Assembly: GCA_038087875.1 (NCBI GenBank)
Contig: JAXLNO010000030.1
Span: 62,001 to 91,689 of the forward strand
DNA: 29,689 nt
Reading direction: 5' to 3'
DNA from: Malacoraja senta
Taxonomy: Eukaryota
Within the stretch, counting starts at the first letter, position 1. Every line of letters starts with the position of its first letter. The position numbers and the translations under genes are program-made. Below, piece after piece: positions 23,161 to 29,689 of the stretch. The notes under the pieces were generated by a model. That model had not been told where the DNA came from and ran no database searches. It saw only the letters and a list, made by a program, of their open reading frames with translations.

Positions 23161-23664
23161 GTTTCAAAGCTTTTCATCCACAAGCTTGGAAACTGGAACA
23201 ACGACTTGGTTCATGGCCGTCGCACCCCCCTTTTTTCCAGAATAAAAACAAATCCCCCCCCCCAAAAAGTTGGAGCACAATCAGTGTTTCGGGAAATTCG
23301 GGAAATTCTGGTTCCGGCCCGCGGGATGCTTATAAAATTTCCTCATGGGAACGAAACTGTTGGCCACGAGTTGCCCCAGAGGCAGATCTCTCTTCCAATG
23401 GTCTCTCCAATCCCCCAGAGGCAGCGGGCTTTTCAACTGGGTACAGGCAATGTTGTCAATGTACCAGTGCCACCCACCTGCTCCGGCCACTGTCTAAATA
23501 CCCACCACCCATTTTGAAGCAAGGCGAGGGGGTGTGGGGGTGTGTGGGGGTGTTGTTCCCAAAGTCTGCATTTATCCCATAGTCAATGTTACTATAACAG
23601 ATGATGAGGTCTTTGTGCAGTACTATTAGTGCGATCTAGCTGTCACAGGCTGGGTCCATAAATG

Positions 23665-23880
23665 GGGGGCATCGGGGAAAGTGGAGGGGGGTTGGAGATT
23701 GGGAGAAGGGAGGGAGAGGGGGAGAAGGGGATGTGAGGGGAGGGAGTGGAGAAGGGGGAGAAGAGTGGAGCCGGGGGGAAGGGAAGAAGGGGGGAGAGGG
23801 GAGGGGAGAAGGGTAGGGGGGAGTGGAGAAGGAGGGATTGGGGTGGGAGGAAGGAAGAGGGGGTGGAGGGGAGAGGGGAG
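23665..23880. repeat. G/A-rich low-complexity tract with many G runs
   Basis: Direct reading. Confidence 0.85.
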
Positions 23881-24309
23881 TTCAGTCTACACTCACTGAA
23901 TCCATCCCTGTGAAATGTTATAGATTGGATCTGGAAGCATTATGGAAGTAATACATCTATATTACTAAAAGTCTGATCTTGACCACTTCCTGTTGTCCTG
24001 TATATTGATTTTAGAAAAAATGCTGCCACTTACGGCTGTGATTTTTGGCCATCTTACTCAGTCCCCCTCCGTTACGCAGGACAAGCGGATTTTTCCCATC
24101 GATGAAAAATAAGAAACGTATTAATGTTTTTTAAATGTTGAGATTCTCTCTGCTGCCCCTGCTGGTGGGAGGGGGAAGGACTATAAAACATTGAAGTGTT
24201 GAGTGCATCAGTCAGTCTCTGCAAGATGGAGGAAGCGAGAGGGTTACGTCTCTCTGAGCTGTGAATAACACTGAACACATGCCTACTCAACTGTGAGTGC
24301 CCTTAACGT

Positions 24310-24488
24310 GGTTCTAAAATGCTTGCAAAAGGTGTCTTTTGGTTCTTAAATGCTTGCAGAAAGTGTATTTGTTGGTTCTAAAATGCTTGCAGAAAGTGTC
24401 TTTTTTGGTTCTAAAACGCTTGTAAAAAGAGTCTCTTTTGGTTCTAAAATGCTTGCAGAAAGTGTCTTTTGGTTCTAAAATGCTTGTA
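24310..24488. repeat. Minisatellite, 31-33 bp unit GGTTCTAAAATGCTTGCAGAAAGTGTCTTTT, ~6 copies
   Basis: Units start at 24310, 24341, 24374, 24407, 24440 and 24471. Confidence 0.93.
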
Positions 24489-24569
24489 ACAGTTTTCGGA
24501 ATGTATATTCATGAATATACATTTTATTCAATCCGGACCGCAATGCAATATTGCCGCTCATTCCGTGAC

Positions 24570-24667
24570 TTCCGCTTAGTGGAGAGGTGGCGCTGAGTGC
24601 ATCATTTCCGCTCAGTGGAGAGGTGGCACTGCGTGCGTCATTTCTGCTCAGTGGAGAGGTGGCGCTG
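24570..24667. repeat. Minisatellite, 36-bp unit TTCCGCTCAGTGGAGAGGTGGCGCTGAGTGCATCAT, ~2.7 copies
   Basis: Units start at 24570, 24606 and 24642. Confidence 0.9.
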
Positions 24668-27600
24668 TGGCTTTTGAAATAAATGTGGCTTTTGAAATAA
24701 ACGTGGCTTTTGAAATAAACGTGGCTTTTGAAATAAACATGGCTTTTGAAATAAACGTGGTTTTTGAAATGTGGCTTTTGAAATGTGGCTTTTGAAAGAA
24801 GTGGTTTTTGAAATGTGGCTTTTGAAATGAATGTGGCTTTTGAAATGTGGCTGAAATAAATGCAGCTTTTGAGGTGTGGCTTTTGAAATAAATGTGGCTT
24901 TTGAAATAAATGTGGCTTTTGAGGTTTGGCTTTTCAAATAAATGTGGCTTGTGAAATAATTGTGGCTTTTGAAATGTGGCATTTGAGGTATGGCTTTTGA
25001 AATAAATGTGGCTTTTGAAATGAATGTGGCTTTTGAAATGTGGCTTTTGAAATAAATGTGGCTATTGAAATTAATATGACTTTTGAAATAAATGTGGCTT
25101 TTGAAATAAATGTGGCTTTTGAGGTTTGGCTTTTGAAATAAATGGGGCTTTTGAAAGAATTGTGGCTTTTGAAAGAAATGTGGCTTTTGAAATGTGGCTT
25201 TTGAGGTGTGGCTTTTGAAATAAATGTGGCTTTTGAAATGTGGCTTTTGTAATAAATGTGGCTTTTGAGGTTTGGCTTTTGACAGAAATGTAGCCTTTGA
25301 AGGAAATTTGGCTTTTGAGGTGTGGCTTTTGAAATGCGGCTTTTGAGGTGTGGCTTTTGAAATGCGGCTTTTGAAATGTGGCTTTTGAAATAAATGTGGC
25401 TTTTGAAATGAAATGAATGCGGCTTTTGAAATGAGGCATTTGAAATAAGAGTGGCTTTTGAAATGTGGCTTTTGGAATGAATGTGGTTTTTCGAAAGAAA
25501 TGTGGCTTTTTAAAGAAATGTGGGTTTTGAAATGTGGCTTTTGAAATGAATGTGGCTTTTGAAATATATGTGGCTTTTGAAATAAATGTGGCCTTTGAAA
25601 TAAATGTGGCTTTTGAGGAGTGGCTTTTGTGGTGTGGCTTTTGTGGTGTGGCTTTTGTGGTGTGGCTTTTGAGGTGTCGCTTTTGAAATAGGTGTGGCTT
25701 TTGAAATAGGTGTGGCTTTAGAGGTGCGGCTTTAGAGGTGTGGCTTTAGAGGTGTGGCTTTAGAGGTGTGTCTTTTGAGGTGTGGCTTTTGAGGTGTGGC
25801 TTTTGAGGTGTGGCTTTTGAGGTGTGGCTTTTGAAATAAATGTGGCTTTTGAAATGTGGTTTTGAAAAACGTGGCTTTTGAAATAAACGTGGCTTTTGAA
25901 ATAAATGTGGCTTTTGAAATGTGGCTTTTGAAAGAAATGTAGCTTCAAATGTGGCTTTAGAAAGAAATATGGCTTTTGAAAGAAATGTGGCTTTCGAAAG
26001 AAATGTGGCTTTTGACGTGTGGCTTTTGAAATAAATGTGGCTTTTGAAATGAATGTGGCTTTTGAAATGAATGTGGCTTTTGAAATAAATGTGGCTTTTG
26101 AAAGAAATGTGGCTTTGAAATGTGGCTTTTGAATTGAATGTGGCTTTTGAAATATATGTGGCTTTTGAAATAAATGTGGCCTTTGAAATAAATGTGGCTT
26201 TTGAGGAGTGGCTTTTGTGGTGTGGCTTCTGTGGTGTGGCTTTTGAGGTGTGGCTTTTGAAATAGGTGTGGCTTTTGAAATAGGTGTGGCTTTTAAGGTG
26301 TGGCATTAGAGGTGTGGCTTTAGAGGTGTGGCTTTAGAGGTGTGGCTTTTGAGGTGTGGCTTTTGAGGTGTGGCTTTTGAGGTGTGGCTTTTGAGGTGTG
26401 GCTTTTGAAATAAATGTGGCTTTTGAAATGTGGTTTTGAAAAACGTGGCTTTTGAAATAAACGTGGCTTTTGAAATAAATGTGGCTTTTGAAATGTGGCT
26501 TTTGAAAGAAATGTAGCTTCAAATGTGGCTTTAGAAAGAAATATGGCTTTTGAAAGAAATGTGGCTTTTGAAAGAAATGTGGCTTTTGACGTGTGGCTTT
26601 TGAAATAAATGTGGCTTTTGAAATGAATGTGGCTTTTGAAATGAATGTGGCTTTTGAAATAAATGTGGCTTTTGAAATAAATGTGGCTTTGAAATGTGGC
26701 TTTTGAATTGAATGTGGCTTTTGAAATATATGTGGCTTTTGAAATAAATGTGGCTTTTGAAATAAATGTGGCTTTTGAGGAGTGGCTTTTGTGGTGTGGC
26801 TTTTGAGGTGTGGCTTTTGAAATAGGTGTGGGTTTTGAGGTGTGGCTTTTGTGGTCTGGCTTTTAAGGTGTGGCTTTTGAGGTGTGGCTTTTGAGATGTG
26901 GCTTTTGAGGTGTGGCTTTTGAAATAAATGTGGCTTTTGAAATATGCCTTTTGAAATAAACGTGGCTTTTAAAATAAACGAGGCTTTTGAAATAAATGTG
27001 GGTTTTGATATGTGGCTTTTGAAATACAAGTGGTTTTTCAAATGTGGCTTTTGAAAGAAATGAGGCTTTTGAAAGAAATGTGGCTTTTGAAAGATATGTT
27101 TCTTTGGAAATGTGGCTTTTGAAATAAATTTGCTTTTTGAAATGTGGCTTGAAATGAATGTGGCTTTTCAAATGTGGCTTTTGAAATAAATGTGGCTTAA
27201 AATAAATGTGGCTTTTGAAATAAATGTGGCTTTTGAAATGTAGCTTTTGAAAAAATGTGGCTTATGAAATGTGGCTTTTGAAATAAATGTGGCTTTTGAG
27301 GTTTGGCTTTTGAAAAAAATGTGGCCTTTGAAAGAAATTTGGCTTTTGAGGTGTGGCTTTTGAAATGCGGCTTTTGAGGTGTGGCTTTTGAAATACGGCT
27401 TTTGAAATGTGGCTTTTGAAATAAATGTGGTTTTTGAAATGAAATGAATGCGGCTTTTGAAATGAGGCATTTGAAATTAAAGTGGCTTTTGAAATGTGGC
27501 TTTTGGAATGAATGTGGCTTTTGAAATAAATGTGGCTTTTGAAATATATGTGCCTTTTGAAATAAATGTTGCTTTTGATATAAATGTGGCTTTTGTGGTG

Positions 27601-29689
27601 TGGCTTTTGAGGTGTGGCTTTCGAAATAGGTGTGGGTTTTGAGGTGTGGCTTTTGTGGTCTGGCTTTTAAGGTGTGGCTTTTGAGGTGTGGCTTTTGAGT
27701 TGTGGCTTTTGAGGTGTGGCTTTTGAAATAAATGTGGCTTTTGAAATGTGCCTTTTGAAATAAACGTGGCTTTTAAAATAAACGAGGCTTTTGAAATAAA
27801 TGTGGCTTTTCAAATGTGGCTTTTGAAATAAATGTGGCTTTTCAAATGTGGCTTTTGAAAGAAATGTGGTTTTGAAAGAAATGTGGCTTTTGAAAGATAT
27901 GTTTCTTTGGAAATGTGGCTTTTGAAATAAATTTGCTTTTTGAAATGTGGCTTGAAATGAATGTGGCTTTACAAATTTGGCTTTTGAAATAAATGTGGCT
28001 TTTGAAATAAATGTGGCTTTTGAGGTGTGGCTTTTGATGTGTGGCTTTTGAGATAAAAGTGGCTTTTGAAAAGAAACGTGGCTTTCGTAACAAATGTGGC
28101 TTTTGAAACAAATGTGGCTTTTGAAAGAAATGTGGCTTTTGAAATGTAGCTTTTGAAAAAATGTGGCTTATGAAATGTGGCTTTTGAGGTGTGGCTTTTG
28201 AAATAAATGTGGCTTTTGAAATGTGGCCTTTGAAATAAATGTGGCTTTTGAGGTTTGGCTTTTGAAATAAATGTGGCTTGAAACAACTGCGGCTTTTGAG
28301 GTGTGGCTTTTGAAATGCGGCTTTTGAGGTGTGGCTTTTGAAATGCGGCTTTTGAAATGTGGCTTTTGAAATAAATGTGGCTTTTGAAATGAAATGAATG
28401 CGGCTTTTGAAATGAGGCATTTGAAATAAAAGTGGCTTTTGAGATGTGGCTTTTGGAATGAATGTGACCTTTGAAAGAAATGTGGCTTTTGAAATAAATG
28501 TGGCTTTTGAAATAAATGTGGCTTTTGAAATAAATGTGGCTTTTGAGGAGTGGCTTTTGTGGTGTGGCTTTTGAGGTGTGGATTTTGAAATAGGTGTGGG
28601 TTTTGAGGTGTGGCTTTTGAGGTGTGGCTTTTGAGGTGTGGCTTTTGAGGTGTGGCTTTTGAGGTGTGGCTTTTGAGGTGTGGCTTTTGAGGTGTGGCTT
28701 CTGAGGTGTGGCTTTTGAGGTGTGGCTTTTGAAATAAATGTGGCTTTTGAAATGTGGCTTTTGAAATAAACGTGGCTTTTGAAATAGACGTGGCTTTTGA
28801 AATAAATGTGGCTTTGAAATAAATGTGGCTTTTGAGGAGTGGAATTTGTTGTGTGGCTTTTGAGGTATGGCTTTTGAAATAGGTGTGGGTTTTGAGGTGT
28901 GGCTTTTGAGGTGTGTCTTTTAAGTTGTGGCTTTTGAGGTGTGGCTTCTGAGGTGTGGCTTTTGAGGTGGCTTTTGAAATAAATGTGTCTTTTGAAAGAA
29001 ATGTGTCTTTTGAAAGAAGTGTCTTTTGAAAGAAATGTGGCTTTTGAAAGATATGTGGCTTTGGAAATGTGGCTTTTGAAATAAATGTGGGTTTTAAAAT
29101 GTGGCTTTTGAAATGAATGTGGCTTTGGAAATATATGTGGCTTTTGAAATAAATTTGCTTTTTGAAATGTGGCTTGAAATGAATGTGGCTTTTCAAATGT
29201 GGCTTTTGAAATAAATGTGGCTTTTGAAATAAATGTGGCTTTTGAGGTGTGGCTTTTGATGTGTGGCTTTTGAGATAAATGTGGCTTTTGAAAGAAACGT
29301 GGCTTTCGTAAGAAATGTGGCTTTTGAAAGAAATGTGGCTTGAAAGAAATGTGGCTTTTGAAATAAATGTGTCTTTTGAAAGAAATGTGTCTTTTGAAAG
29401 TGTTGTCATTTGAAAGAAATGTGGCTTTTGAAAGATATGTGGCTTTGGAAATGTGGCTTTTGAAATAAATGTGGGTTTTAAAATGTGGCTTTTGAAATGA
29501 ATGTGGCTTTGGAAATATATGTGGTTTTTGAAATAAATGTGCCTTTTGAAATAAATGTGACTTTTGAGGAGTGGCTTTTGAGGAGTGGCTTTTGAGGAGT
29601 GGCTTTTGAGGAGTGGCTTTTGAGGAGTGGCTTTTGAGGAGTGGCTTTTGAGGAGTGGCTTTTGAGGAGAGGCTTTTGAGGAGTGGCTT
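24666..29689. repeat. Satellite with core GTGGCTTTTGA; mixed 14-bp (AAATGTGGCTTTTG, AGGTGTGGCTTTTG) and 18-bp (AAATAAATGTGGCTTTTG) units; runs off the window end
   Basis: Continuous array; a homogeneous GAGGAGTGGCTTTT block occupies the last ~125 bp. Confidence 0.97.

Larger units (their letters stand above)
23956..24667 (+). mobile_element. Probable 5' part of a non-autonomous Helitron
   Basis: A|TCTATATTACTAAAAG start fits the Helitron 5'-TC terminus after a host A; followed by internal tandem repeats. No 3' hairpin or CTRR end is visible in the window. Confidence 0.5.

Noticed and set aside
25715..26345. Telomere-like TTAGAGG variants in the right satellite
   Set aside because: No TTAGGG arrays; these are single-base variants of the 14-bp unit.
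24638..29409. Long KATFISKATFQKPH-type ORFs up to 413 aa
   Set aside because: Translations of the GTGGCTTTTGA satellite, whose minus strand rarely contains stops.

Overview
Eukaryotic, repeat-saturated DNA with no intact host gene. The retroelement content points to a vertebrate, most likely a cartilaginous fish (inference). Left 16.6 kb: a 10-bp satellite (ACAATGTGYA) interrupted by (i) a ~0.85-kb GC-rich non-autonomous retro-like element that is split by a deleted CR1 LINE, (ii) a full-length ~6.1-kb decayed L1 with a 17-bp TSD and (iii) a short CR1 3' fragment. Middle: a HERO-like LINE 3' end, GA-rich low complexity and a four-level nest (Vingi-like LINE > MULE/foldback-like element with 9-bp TSD > Harbinger element with TTA TSD > second copy of the GC-rich element). 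Right: a probable Helitron 5' end followed by two minisatellites that run into a >5-kb GTGGCTTTTGA satellite. Most ORFs in the supplied track are translations of tandem repeats. The best candidates for novelty are the GC-rich element family with divergent but structurally matched 3' tails, the putative Helitron-born satellite and the SOX/DMRT-motif-dense 10-bp satellite.
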